Assembly (NCBI RefSeq): GCF_030684315.1
Contig: NC_081373.1
Location: 25,459,989 to 25,523,988, forward strand
Source of the DNA: Stegostoma tigrinum
Lineage: Eukaryota
Direction of reading: 5' to 3'
DNA length: 64,000 nucleotides
The translations under genes were made by a program, and so were the position numbers. The first letter of the stretch is position 1; each line of letters opens with the position of its first letter. The notes beneath the pieces were generated by a model. The model ran no database searches, had not been told where the DNA came from, and saw nothing but the letters and a program-made list of their open reading frames with translations. Of this stretch, positions 25,241 through 37,892 are shown in pieces.

Positions 25241-27139
25241 ATGAAAACAAGCCAGCTCGGTGAGCAAGACAACAACCTCACCCACAACCCAAGCTACAAA
25301 TCTTAGCTAAAACTTTAAATTAGCTGTCTATCTCTCTATTTCCTATTTCACTTGTATAAGTTTAATGATTTCCATTTGAAGTTTCAATAGCAATTATTCA
25401 TTTTTATTTTGGGTGTAAGATATTTTGGGGCAATTGTTCCACATCTGCAAGAACATGGAATGATTCTGTCTGACTTGTAGAGCCAGGAGGTACTTGCTGT
25501 ATTTGTAGACAAAGTGGGAACATTTTCAGCAGCCTGTACTGTACTATAGACAGAGCTGGACAGCACATCAGGACAACCGTTATCAGCGGTAGAGCCCTTG
25601 AAGGAATGTTACCTCAGTGTAACTTATTTTTGAGTAGAATAATAACAAACAATGAACAAGCTAAATTTTTGTCTGTCAGTGGGCCATTTTACTCAGCTTA
25701 AATAAAATGCCTTTTAATTATCCTCCGAAATTCTTCTGAACCTGATGAAAGTTTGCCCTCAAAACCTGTTTCAAAACCTGACTGGTTGCTTGGGTCTCTG
25801 TTGCTATGTTCAGAACAAAATAAAGTCTAGGCCAGAACAACCCCTTGCAATATTATAGTCTACTTAATTAACAATTTAACTACCTTTCATTTTCAGTGCC
25901 TTTTGTGCTGAATATAATTTGCATTAAGCAAATCCAATAAATCTAACTTTTGACTTGAGATAATGCTCCTAGCCCTCTTCTGTTTAAGGACTCTCAAATT
26001 ATTGCTCCATTTACTCTTCTATATTCATCAGCTGATTGGCTCAAAATTAAAACACTCAAATAATAGAATAACTATTTTGCATGTCTTGAAATTTGAAATA
26101 TGATTGATTTATTAAGATGGTTGGCCTGAATCCTGCAGCTACATGCATGAGACTTTGCTATGTCAATTCAAGAGCATTTAACAACATACTTTTCAATCTT
26201 GTCCTCTGTCTTGACCCCATGTTAATACTGTTTTCTTCTAATATTGAAACCATTTGTATTTCATGAAAAATGTTTATTTATATTTATTGTAGAAAATGAT
26301 ACCAAAATAGTTCACAGATGTAATGCAAAATTAATGTTGAAGCAAAAGGAAGAACTTATAACCAGAACTAAGGAATTTGAGGGAGTTTAGAAAATGTTGT
26401 GTATTAGGAGACAAAAATAGCTTTAGGAATACGTAATCAGAAGGAAGGCTCTGTAGCTGCATGACCTACAAGTTCATTTCACAGATCATGAAATGTTTCC
26501 AAATCAACAGCCTTGTCAAGTTGCATTCCACATGAACATAGTTACCTCCACAACTCTGGTGCATGACTGTAGAGTGATCTCCCCAGGCTGGGTGGATTTT
26601 TTTTTATATGTGTGTCCTCTTTTAGAATCCTGTGGGGATTCTAAATCCTCTTTTAGATTTTCTCAACAAATGTAGGAAATTCCTCTCAAAATGTTGGCAT
26701 GCAGCATGCTGCTGGGTGCTTTAATCCACTTGAGGTTATTTGCAAACAAAAGAATTCTTCTGTTTCTTGTTTACTCAGTGAGAGTCAAAGGATCACAAAC
26801 GTTTAGAAAACTTTTTATTCAGGATAACACAAACCTAAGCTGCTATGTATCATTTTCATGATAATAGCCTTGATGTAAGTGACAGATTGCTGTATTTCGA
26901 TTTCTAAACTAAAAGATGCCAATTTTCATCTAGGCAATGCATTGATAGTATGTAGAACGAGACAGTTTTCAATAAATGTAGCAGCAAAAATGGCAACACC
27001 TACTGAACTGTGTGCTCAACCAATGTTCAAAATTCCAAAAGGATGCCTCACATCATAACATGACTGCTTTGTTTTTTTTAATGCTTGATAAAAGGAGGGA
27101 ATATTCTCAATTCATACTATTAATTCAATATTGAAAGCA

Positions 27140-28080
27140 ACCAATTTATTTTGCTAGAATGACTTCCATTTCTGTAGCACTTTTAAAGTGGTAAAATGGT
27201 GAAATAGTCAAGTCCAGACTATCAAAGGCATGCATGAGTGTTTCACGAGCAAACGAATTGAAACAGCTAAGAGTGAGATGATGTAAAAGGTGGGAATGGG
27301 CAGTTTTAGTGATGGCATGAGTCTGTGATTTGAGCCACATTTTCATATCAAACATGATTTCAAGCTTACAAAGTTAGTTCAGCCTCTTAACAGGTGCCAA
27401 GGAATTAATAGAACCAGTGCGAGGGGGTGGAGTTTGTAACGGAGATGAAAAACAATGACTTCAGACTTCCCAGCATGTCATTTTAAGCAAATTTTGGCAA
27501 ATCTGATATTGGATGTTAAAAACTCTCATAACTTAGAAATAATAGATGAGTCAAGAGAGGTGGTGTGACATGAAGCTGGATGTCATCAGTGCTGATGTGA
27601 AAGTCAGTGTTCTGCTTTGGGTGTTGTGTTTTTGGATGGGGGTTCAGGTAGATCTTTCAGAGACACCAGTGGGGCTCATGCTGGAGCAGGAAGGCAAGAA
27701 CAGCATTCACTACTTTAGTGGAACATAAATTGTTGAATTCTGAATTGTTTAGCCATTGTTATAGTTTGAGAGAGGTGATAACCATGGTATGTCAAAAGGA
27801 CAGGGTCATGGGTGAATAGGATTGGTTCAAACACCAAAGTTTTGGATGAATAGAAGGTGAAGCGGGGATGGGGGTGGGGTCAGGGGGCAGTGGGGCCATC
27901 GGGGAAAACGTTGGAACTGTTGATTTTGAAGATAATGAATGGATGTGGCTTGCAGTACAAGTACAGCAGTGATACATAGGCAATGTTACAAGGATAAAAG
28001 CAGTTGGTTTTCGTAATTAGCAGAGTATGAGTCTGGAATCTCACAGGTTAATGCCTCAGTTAAGATAGCAGTCAGAGGAA
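27140..28080 (-). mobile_element. Highly decayed L2 LINE fragment
   Basis: ..ITKTAHSHL..ETLMHAF..LD-like L2 RT C-terminal remnants. Confidence 0.45.
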
Positions 28081-28433
28081 TGTCAGACATTATGAGCTAA
28101 CCTTCATGCAGTAAAAGTTCAAGGTTTCAATAATGGTTTATTCGCAGACTTTAGAATTTACTGCACAGAAACAGGCCATCTGGCTCAAGTCTGAGTTGAT
28201 ATCTATGTCTACCAACTTATGTTTCTGTTGTACTCATCAATACTGAAGGTCCCACTATTGTATATTGTGGCTTACGGATGGAACCTTCAATGGTTCCAAA
28301 TTACAACTGTGTACTTGTGTTGAACTACAAAGCAAGATTTCCAACAGTTTGTTCCGATAAATTTCTGAGTGTATTTTTTCACAGGACCCTTATGATTAAT
28401 CGTATTATTTAAAATATTTCGTTTTATTTACAG

Positions 28434-28502
28434 AAAAACATTTAGTAGTACTTCGAGATGGGAGAACATTAATAGGATATTTAAGGAGTGTAGATCAATT
28501 TG
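28434..28502 (+). CDS. LSM1: LSm1 coding exon 2 (KKHLVVLRDGRTLIGYLRSVDQF)
   Basis: tttacag|...|gtgagt; 69 nt; Sm1 motif. Confidence 0.96.
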
Positions 28503-30468
28503 GTGAGTATTATTATAGGAACAAAGTAAAGTTATTTAAACATTGTGGTGTATCAATCATTTTTGATCATGAAAAGTTGCATTGATCATGTGATCGAAGT
28601 TGTTAAATATATCCATAGGCAATTAAAAGAATATGGTGTTCCTGTGATGATGGATTTGTATCCGTACAGTAATTGCAGAACACTAGAGTTAGGAGAGGTT
28701 TTAGCATTGAATTATGACCCATCACGGGAAGTATAGAATTGTACGCATTCAGGTTGCGTTTGTTTTCACTGAATTTTAATTTAATGCCGAAGCAGTACAG
28801 ATGTAATAGAGATATCATTATTACTTCTAGAAATTAAATAGATGCAAAGAGGTATGAATAGTAATTTTAAAAAAGATTAAAATGAATATTCTAGCATGTG
28901 ACTGCGTAGCACAATGCAGCTTGACATAATTGAAAGGAACAGCTAAGTAAAGAAATTGACATTTGTGGTTACAAGGAGCACCAAAAGATTTACATGTTAA
29001 TATACCAAGCCAATAATTTATAATGATCTGACATGTACTCCAACAAATGTATTTAAATAAGATCAATATTGAGCTTTCAAATATAAGAGGCGTTCCAAAA
29101 AGTAGGGGTCAATGCAAAGCTCTACAGCTGGAATTTCTGTGCATTTGGATAATTTGTGTTTTAAAATGTGTTGAGAGCAAGATTAATTAGTTGTCTCTTG
29201 AAAGTGTCCAAATATAGCCTTTTCCTCAAGTAGCCGTGTAGAGCACTGAAGTTTACAACTGGAAAAATTAAACTTAGCTTTTCAACCTTCTCAGTGAAAG
29301 CATTTTCTTTTCTTGGCTCTTTAGTAGTCAGTCTTTGGTGTTTACCAAACATTTTAGGAGCGTTTGTCGTTCACCTCAGAGAGGTGGGAGGTATTTTATG
29401 TCAACTTTGTCAGTCACTCTTCTCAACAGTTCTTTTTGATCTTGAATGTAAACCTATAATTTATTCATCCCTTCATAATTCTATCTCTATCTGCCTAACG
29501 TAGCTCAAGTCAGCAGGAGAGTTTATCACTCTATAAAGGAATGTTACTGTCAGTAGGGGAAAATAAAACTTCTGGATGCCATGCCCCACTTTGAAATTGA
29601 AAAATAGAATGGAGTCAAGATTTCCCTGAGGATCCTGTGCTAGGTGTTATGAAGGCAGGGCAAGTGCTCTGACTTGGACAATTGCTTTCATCATTTGAGC
29701 AATGGTTCAATTGTTTGACAGTTGTAACACACTCCATAATGTTTGGGAATTGCTTCATTTTTAGATTCTGAGTTTGAGAATGCAGCTAATTGTTAAGCAG
29801 ATAGCAGGTTATACTGCAATTATGTCAAAATAATCAAAATGTAGTTGATAGGGTTTATTGGTCTGCAAAGTTCCTTTCCACTGAAATTCAGTTGTCCAAT
29901 TAGTTTAAACAGAGAAGTGGTGAAAACAAATGTATAATTAGATCTTGAAGAGCCAGATCATAATAGAGCATATGAAGGTGATCTTTGGATGGAAAACTTA
30001 ATATAGCTCACATTTCCACTCACTGACCTCTCAGCAAGTACGTTAAAATTTCACATATCAGAGGAGCAGAATGTGACTCCTGTCATGACGTGAGGGTAGT
30101 GCACTGGAAATCCAGCCCCACTATTCTCAGAGATGTCACTAATATTAAAATTTCATTAAACCACCAAATTGTACAATTCTACCTAACTCTCTAATTCAGG
30201 TTCAAGGAATGTGCACACCAGGATTTCATGAACAAGAAAATAAGTGTTTATTGTAATAAGAATATCTTTAAACAATAGCATTAAGGAGACATGAATTATT
30301 AATGTACAAGTCAATAACTAAAAATCTACTTCTTTCTAAAATTTCTGTATACGCAGAATCTCACAAAAGAGACAAGGCAAAACACAAGTATTTATAGGCG
30401 TTAGGAAAGTCAAAAAAAAAAGGGTCAGAGAGGCACATTTCTGGCACCAGTCTGGATCTTGGATGTTG

Positions 30469-30700
30469 TATCAGTGATAATGGGAACTGCAGATGCTGGA
30501 GAATCCAAGATAATGAAATGTGAGGCTGGATGAACACAGCAGGCCCAGCAGCATCTCAGGAGCACAAAAGCTGACGTTTCGGGCCTAGACCCTTCATCAG
30601 AGAGGGGGATGGGGAAGGGTCTAGGCTGAAACGTCAGCTTTTGTGCTCCTGAGATGCTGCTGGGCCTGCTGTGTTCATCCAGCCTCACATTTCATTATCT
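30469..30700. mobile_element. Foldback Penelope-type insertion (family A) in LSM1 intron 2
   Basis: Inverted arms around ~30615; TSD TGGATCTTGGATGTTG at 30453-30468 and 30701-30716. Confidence 0.85.
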
Positions 30701-32506
30701 TGGATCTTGGATGTTGATGTGTTGTTTTCTTTTGGTCTTCTTTCAACTCCTAATTCTTTGCTAATAACACAAGATTGTGGATGCCCTAATTCAATGACTT
30801 TTGTTCACCGGTTGAGGATTTGCCTTTTCAGTGCCTCTTAAGGTGGCTTTTCCACTGTTTCTTTCAACAGGGGATTTTGCAGAGGGAGAAACTTAGAGAG
30901 AAAGATGAGGGACAGTAACTAACTGCTAGATATTTTCTTTTACTTCTCTACGCAAAAGGTAGGGAGAGATGGATGCTTTCCGTTTGCAGACCAGATATTT
31001 CTGCTGTTTTGTCTACACCCTTAGCTGTAGCTAGCTGCCCTGGAGCCATCAAGTGACTGTTACTATGCTGAACCCTCCCAAGCCCACAAAAACTGATCCC
31101 AATTGAAGTACAAATCAGAATGCTGTCTCTGGGTAAAATTGCCCTGACAGAAAGGTCATGCCTTTCTGTCTTGAATATTCGCTCTTTGTTTAAATAAGAC
31201 AACATTATACATACAACTCAAAATGTGTTCTAGTAAATTGTTTTTAAAACTGTAGATACCTTCTCACATAGTTGCTTTGGTTTAAATCAGTATTTTCATT
31301 TTTTGGTCCACAATCCAAAAACAAAGCGAATAAAAAAATGTAGTCTTTACACTACAGTTTTCTCAAAAGAATATGTGGAGTTAGATTTAAAATATGTGGC
31401 ATTACATCTGGAATATAAATCCGTTGTGACAACTGTGAAACGATTACTGTTTTAAAAACCCATCTTGCTCATTCATATCCTTTTCAAGGAAGAAAATCTG
31501 CTGTCTCACCTGGTCCAGCTCACGTGTGATTCCAAACCCGTGGTACTGCCGTTGATTGTAATCAGCCCTCTGAAATGGCTTTGCAAACTACTGAGTCCAA
31601 GAGTAGTTAGGAATGGCCAACAAATATTGGCCCTCCAGTGGTGTCCACATACAATGAAAGCATTAATAAAGACCCTGTGTTGAATACATGTTGACCATGC
31701 AATACCATCCAATGTGGTTTATCCAAAACCATGCAGTTTGAAATTGACTTTGGATCTTACCTTGGGTAATAGGGGGTCTCTTCTTGAAATAGAAATTTGC
31801 ATAAGTTAGCTTAATTTGTTTACTAATTCACTCAATTTTCTCAAATTACGAATGTAAATTTGTTTAAGTGATGGTTTAAATACCCCTGTGAGGGTGTGCT
31901 ATTGATGCATGCAATTGTGGAGAAGTGGTACTTTTCCTTTTGATGAAAAGCATCACAGTTAAAATTATGGTTGGTGGATTTCTGGAACTTTGGAACTAGC
32001 AGAAATATATCAGTTTTGACAGTAGTTCACTTGCCTGTTTCAACAGTTAACTATTCAGGGGTTAATTTCATTTCATACAACTCTGATGTAAAAGTTCAAA
32101 AAAAATATGAATTTTACATATGTTATAACAGTTGAAATTATCCTAGTAAAAATTGCTGTGTGATGTATTACATTGCCCCTGGGATGTAAGTTAGAGGTTA
32201 ATTCCCATGACACTTTGATCTTAACAGATTGAGGTTCATACTGTCATCTAATCTATTATGACTGAGATCCTTATTTTACATTACACTGTATGAACTTTAA
32301 ATGTAACCTTTTGCACGAGCTAGGTTGAGTTAAGAATTAAGTTTGAGTTAAGGTCTCGAACTGCAGTGCAATTGCAACACAAGAATGTGCTTTTATTGAT
32401 GATTGTGTAGTAATCTCCTTCAGGTATTGATTTAAAATTTCTTGAGAGTGGAGTTCATGCTGAACACCAAGGCAGTTATGCTTCTTCTTCCATCACTGTG
32501 TTGCAG

Positions 32507-32622
32507 CTAATTTGGTTCTTCATCGGACAGTGGAACGAATCCATGTAGGAAGAAAATATGGTGACATTCCCAGAGGGATTTTTGTTGTCCGAGGAGAAAA
32601 TGTGGTGCTTCTGGGGGAAATA
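32507..32622 (+). CDS. LSM1: LSm1 coding exon 3 (ANLVLHRTVERIHVGRKYGDIPRGIFVVRGENVVLLGEI)
   Basis: ttgcag|...|gtgagt; 116 nt; Sm2 motif VRGENV. Confidence 0.97.
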
Positions 32623-32769
32623 GTGAGTTTAGTTATTCTCTGATTTCCTACTTCGTTATTTTTGAACCATACTAATAAAAACAATAACAGAAAATTGGAG
32701 AATAACTTTAGTTTGATGTTTGGCTTTGCAAAAATTAATTAGCCATTGATTACACCACTTATTTCTACC

Positions 32770-33380
32770 TAGGTAGTATTGCCTGAGATCCACGTCTTGG
32801 GTCACCTTCTGGTGAAACCTTCATTCGCTCTTTCGTTACCTCTGGACTTAAATATTCAAAGGCTGATCTCTCCCACTCTAATTTCTGTAAACTTGAGGTC
32901 ATTCAAAATTCTACAGTTTGTATCTTAAATAATAGCAAATCCTGTTCCCCTTTCAGGCCAGCACTTACTGACTTACATTGGCTGTCAGTCAAGCAATATT
33001 TTGACTGTAAATTTGCATCCTTATTGTCAACCCACTGGTTGCCTTACCCCTACTTATCTTCGTAATTTCCAGCACCAAAACCCCTTCAGATCTCTGCACT
33101 CCCCTAATTCTGACCTTTTGTGCATCCTCAATTTATATTGCCTCACTACTGGTGGCTGCTCATTCAGTTGCCTAAACCAGACTTTTCAAATACCCTCCGT
33201 ACACCTCTACATTCCCTACCTTATTTTTTTCCTTTACACACACTCCTTTTTGACCAAGCTTTCAGTCATCTCATCCATTGTCTCCTCATGTGGTTGGATA
33301 TCATACTTTGTTTTGTAATGCTGTTGTGAAGTGCCTTGAGACACTGACAATGTTAAAGGCAGAATATAAATATAACCTAT
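32770..33380 (+). mobile_element. L2 LINE 3' fragment in LSM1 intron 3
   Basis: ETFIRSFVTSGL..LHWLSV remnants and an L2-type 3' end TGTGAAGTGCCTTGAGAC..AAAGGC..TATAAAT. Confidence 0.6.
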
Positions 33381-33502
33381 TGTCATGACAGGATTGACAT
33401 TTGTTGTACTTTTCCTCTCTTTCAGCAATCAAAATAATGGTCTCGTGGTGTTTAAATTTGTTATTCTATTACATTCCTTTAACGGTTGATTTTGCCTTAC
33501 AG

Positions 33503-33673
33503 GATCTGGAAAGAGAGACCGATACTCCCTTACAGAGGGTGTCTATTGAGGAGATTCTGGAAGCTCAAAGAGTTCAGCAGCATGAAAAACAAGAAGCAGA
33601 AAAGGCAAAAAGTGAAGCTTTGAGAGAACGAGGATTATCTATCCCCCGTACAGATACTCTTGACGAATACTAA
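33503..33673 (+). CDS. LSM1: LSm1 coding exon 4 (DLERETDTPLQRVSIEEILEAQRVQQHEKQEAEKAKSEALRERGLSIPRTDTLDEY*)
   Basis: ccttacag| acceptor; LSm1-specific C-terminal helix. The four exons total 402 nt = 133 aa plus stop. Confidence 0.97.
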   Translation, partial: DLERETDTPLQRVSIEEILEAQRVQQHEKQEAEKAKSEALRERGLSIPRTDTLDEY

Positions 33674-33933
33674 AAGAGCCACTTTTAAGAATACAATACC
33701 AGACTTTGCCACACCACCTTTTTAAGTGACTGAAGTTGTTAGATTTCACAGCTGAAATGGGATAGATTGTGTCTATAGTTGAATGAACTCCATATGTAAA
33801 AAAAAATTTTTAACAGACATTTTACAATGGACTTGCTGTGATTCTTTTCAAAACACAGCAACAAAACATTAGAAAAATTCATTGAGTTAATTTACGGGTT
33901 CTTGAAACCATCCTATTGGTCTGAAAATGTAAC

Positions 33934-34458
33934 AATAAAAGACCTTCACCACAATGAAGCTTTAGTCGTACATGATGGGCTTTCCATTCACCGAAAGGAT
34001 GTGCCATTGCAATCAATGTGTAGGTAGGTTTTTCTTACATAGATTAACTTGCTGTATATTTACCAAAAATAAAAATATCATTCATTTCATAAATTGCAGA
34101 GTCTCAACTCATATCTTTGTATGTTGTGGAGCCTTGTTTATGTACAAACTGGTTCCCTCGTTTAAATCTAAAATACACCAACTGAAGGTTGTGAGCAGTG
34201 ATTGAAAACAACAACTTTGTTAATCTATTATATGACAATCTCTCAATAACATTTGTTGACATGCACTCATCTATGACCTATTTTGCACTGTTCCTGGCTA
34301 CTTATTGGCAGAAAAGTAATATTAAGATATTCCTTTACATAGAAAATCTTATTTCTACTGGTACCTCTATGGAGGGTCAACCTATTTTGGTGTAGGCTTG
34401 TGAAAATGGCAAGTTTTTATTCTACTTTTTATTTCTTCTATTAGTTGCAACCAATAAA
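33934..34458 (+). terminator. Candidate LSM1 polyadenylation signals (AATAAA at 33934, 34068, 34453)
   Basis: Canonical hexamers in the AT-rich sequence after the stop codon. Which one is used cannot be told from sequence. Confidence 0.45.
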
Positions 34459-35169
34459 TTAATTTGCTGAAACTGATCCACTGTTGCCTGGTTATATCCT
34501 AGTTGGACATTTCTATTTACTTTGCAAGTCTTTATGTTGTCCTACTGCTGAAGGAATGTCTTCTCTATAGTTGACATGCAATATATTTTGCCCCATAAAT
34601 TACTTACTTCTCTGGGAGCAGCACCTAAAATGTCTTAGAAATGTACCTATATTGAAATTACTTCAGAAGAGATTGCTTGGTCCATCAATGGAAAGATTTT
34701 AGAAGCAAATGTGTTGAAGATAGGACTATCTAGTTCAGATCTCAAGGTACGAATATACTTTTTGCATTATATTATAAAAGTTATAATTCAAAGATCTCAT
34801 CATAGGAGCATACATTCGGTTCAGGATTGACAGTAACTCCTTCAATTTGCAAAGGCTTGAGTTTCACATAAAAAGCACAGAATAGCTAAGTGAACTCTTA
34901 TTTGCCAATGTTATTGCCCCTTGTTTCATAACACATATGCCAGGGCATATCCAGCTTCTTGTTTGTTGCTTTGCCTAAGCCTCTGAATGCTGAGGCCTTC
35001 TGTAAGCAAAAGACAGAGATCTTGTACCAACCTGCCCTGGTCACAAACTCCAAACCCCTACAGTCACAATCAACCATACACCCCTCAATTTAGTTCAGAT
35101 ATTTTGCAATCTTGATAGTATCCTCTCCAAAAACACCTGGTTGATGAAATCACCTGTCACTTGGCAATT

Positions 35170-35470
35170 TGGCATGGCACAGTTGTTAGCACTGCCAGCC
35201 TTGGTTGATTGGCTGTGTGGAATTTGCATGTTCTTCCTGTGTCCTAAACGGGTTTCTGCCGTGTGTTCTGGTTTTGTCCCACGATCCAAAAATGTGCAGC
35301 TTAAGTGAAATTGCCATGCTAAATTGCCCTGTAGTGTCCAGAGATGGGCAGGCTAGGTGCATTAGCTATGGTAAATGGGAATAGGGTGGGTTTGGTTGAG
35401 ATGCTCTACAGATAGTCAGTGAAGACTTGATGGGCTAAAAAGGCTCTCTCTACTCTAAGAATTCTATTAT
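35170..35470 (+). mobile_element. Degenerate HE1/V-SINE-like SINE
   Basis: GGCATGGCACAGTTGTTAGCACTG head and V-domain core. Confidence 0.7.
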
Positions 35471-37309
35471 TCAAATGCATTTGGCAGGCTTACCTACTAA
35501 TACGCTTTAGAGAGAGTAAGGAGTTTGTGTCAAAAGAAAGACCAAAGTTACCATGCAGTAGTTTGCAAATTTCTCAATGGCAATCAGGCATAGCTAATCT
35601 ACTGATGCCATGTGAAGCAACTTGATATATTCCACCTTCTCTCATTTAGGATCTATATGCAACACAAAGTTACAGGACAAAATTTCTAATATCCAAGTTC
35701 TTCCAAAGTGCAGCAGACCCGGTCTAGTGAGCATGCTTATAAAAACCTTGCTTTGTTGGGTCAGCCATGTGGTTCTCACGTAGCAAAGGCCGTATCCTAC
35801 AGCCAGCTGAGCACCAAAACCTATGTCATAAGGTGCCCAAAGCTCAAAAGCAAAGACACTGGAAGCCAATCTAAGCCTGTACATTGGATCCTGCTGCATA
35901 GGAAGTTTAACTCTGGAGAAATTCAAACGCAAAAGTCTCTGTCATGAAATAATCTCAACGTTTGAGAACAGAATTCCTACGGAATAAGTGAGCATGTTGC
36001 AGAGCCAGTGCCTTCAGCCACACCTCCAAGAGTGAATTCATATGTATAATTTTCAATTAGATCTGCAAAGATTTAGTGTAACTTTAAATATGGGATAACA
36101 CCAATCCAGACAGTGAATATTTCATCTCATTTCTGAACAATCATCCATCAGAGTAACAGGAGAACTCATCAAGTCAATTAGAACTTGAGTAATGAGAATA
36201 GGAAGCAGCGCACTGCCGGCTGAGAAACAAGTGGAATAGCAGCTTGGATATCCATGGTGGCCAGGGATGGTGGAACATGATCCGCAGACTGGGAAATACT
36301 TTATGTTCACAACCGACTCAGATCAGTTTCCGGTCAGTATGAGACAAAGGTCCAGTACAATCCTACTGTCTAGTGTAGCACCGAGTGACAGCCACCAGAG
36401 ATGTTGGAGACATTTATTGGAGTTTGTTGTGGATGTAGCAATCAAAGTGGTTGAAGTGCTGCCAGCAGTATTCCCTCTGAGCTGCTTGGCCACTGGGATG
36501 CAAAAACCGAAATTGCTGGCAAAACTCAGCAGCTCTGTGGTGAGAAAGCTGAATCAACATTTCTGGTGACTCTTCATCAGAACTGTTAGCAGCTCAGAAA
36601 AATGTGGTATTTATGCTGAAGATGAGGTTGGTGGGGCATGTGGAGCGGTGGAGATCTTGCCGAGAGAGAGAGAGAGATGTGAAAGGGATAGAGAGAGATG
36701 TGAAAGGGATAGGTGAACAAGGAGATTATGGATAATAGCCCAGGACTGAAGAAAAGCTGAACAATTGATAACAAGAGCTAATAGCAAGAAAGAATTAGAA
36801 TTAGGTTTTATTGTTACATGTGCTCAAGTACATGGATGATGTGGAGGTGCTGGTGTTGGACTGCGTTGGGCAAAGTCAGAAGTCATACGACACCAGCTTA
36901 TCGTCCAACATGTTTATTTGAAATCTCAAGCTTTTGGAGCTGAAATCTGAAGGGATATAGGAGTGTAGTGAAAAGTTTACAATGTCTCCATTGTCTGGCA
37001 CCATTTTAGGCACAAGAGCACCTAGATGTAAAATCTTGGTGACGCAGTGAAAAGTAAAGAAATAAAGCTAAGGTCGACGTTACAAATTTATGATGGGATA
37101 GCAAGTTGTAAGAAGGATGGAGGCCTGCAGAGGGGTGTAGACAGGCTAAAGGAGTAGGCAGAAAAGTTGGCAAATGGAGAATAATGTGGTAAAATGAGAA
37201 ATTGCCTACATTGGAAGGAATAACAAAAGGCAATATATTTAAATGGAAACTGTAGAAAGCTTTGTGACAGGGATCTCAGTATCCTCGTACATGAATCACA
37301 AGAGGTTAG

Positions 37310-37892
37310 TGTAGTGATTGTGACAAGGTCAGCCAGGTGGACCTCATAGAATATGAATTCCCTGATTGGGGCTGTTAGCCTGGTCCAATAAGGGAGCCCT
37401 ACCTGACAGGCATAAGCAGATATGTCAGGGGTTCTGCACACTCTGAGAGCTGGCTGTGAAGAAGCCGGACTAATAGATTAAAGCCAGACTTTTGGGGTGG
37501 CACGGTGGCTCAGTGGTTAGCACTGCAGCCTCACAGCACCAGGGACCCGGGTTTGATTCCGGCCTCGGGTAACTGTCTGTGCGGAGTTTGCACATTCTCC
37601 CCGTGTCTGCGTGGGTTTTCTCCGGGTGCTCCGGTTTCCTCCGACAGTCCAAAGATGTGCAGGCTAGGTGGATCGGCCATGCTAAATTGCCCATAGTGTT
37701 CAGGGGTGTGTGGGTTATAGGGGGATGGGTGTGGGTGGGATGCTTCAAGAGGCGGTGTGGACTTGTTGGGCCGAAGGGCTTGTTTCCACACTATAGGGAA
37801 TCTTAACTAATCTAATCCAATATCAAGTATAATGCACTTGTACGTAAAACGTAGCTTGGTGATGGAATACTGGCCTCTGTAGAGTTATTTCA
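37310..37892. mobile_element. Candidate solo LTR (TG...CA, 5-bp TSD GTTAG) with a nested SINE
   Basis: GTTAG at 37305-37309 and 37893-37897; termini TGTAG.. and ..TTTCA; removing it rejoins the CR1 sequence. Confidence 0.65.
37494..37818 (+). mobile_element. HE1/V-SINE-like SINE
   Basis: Full tRNA-like head, V-domain and CTAAT-type tail; close to the 7631 copy. Confidence 0.9.

Larger units (their letters stand above)
23332..25318 (+). mobile_element. Penelope-like element with GIY-YIG endonuclease remnant and inverted 5' arm
   Basis: LPYIK..VAHKP..VYNIPCNDC..YIG*TGR..EAWFS peptide at ~23850-24370. 23332-23847 is an inverted copy of the 3' part. Flanking duplication ATTAG(T/C)TGTCTAT at 23319 and 25319. 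Confidence 0.88.

Noticed and set aside
33401-33502. N-terminal part of the 90-aa ORF at 33401
   Set aside because: It is intron upstream of the exon 4 acceptor; only 33503-33673 is LSM1 coding.
37494-37570. tRNA genes suggested by A/B-box sequences here and at ~7890-7957, ~40210 and ~50505
   Set aside because: They are tRNA-derived SINE heads that continue into SINE bodies; no complete cloverleaf is evident.
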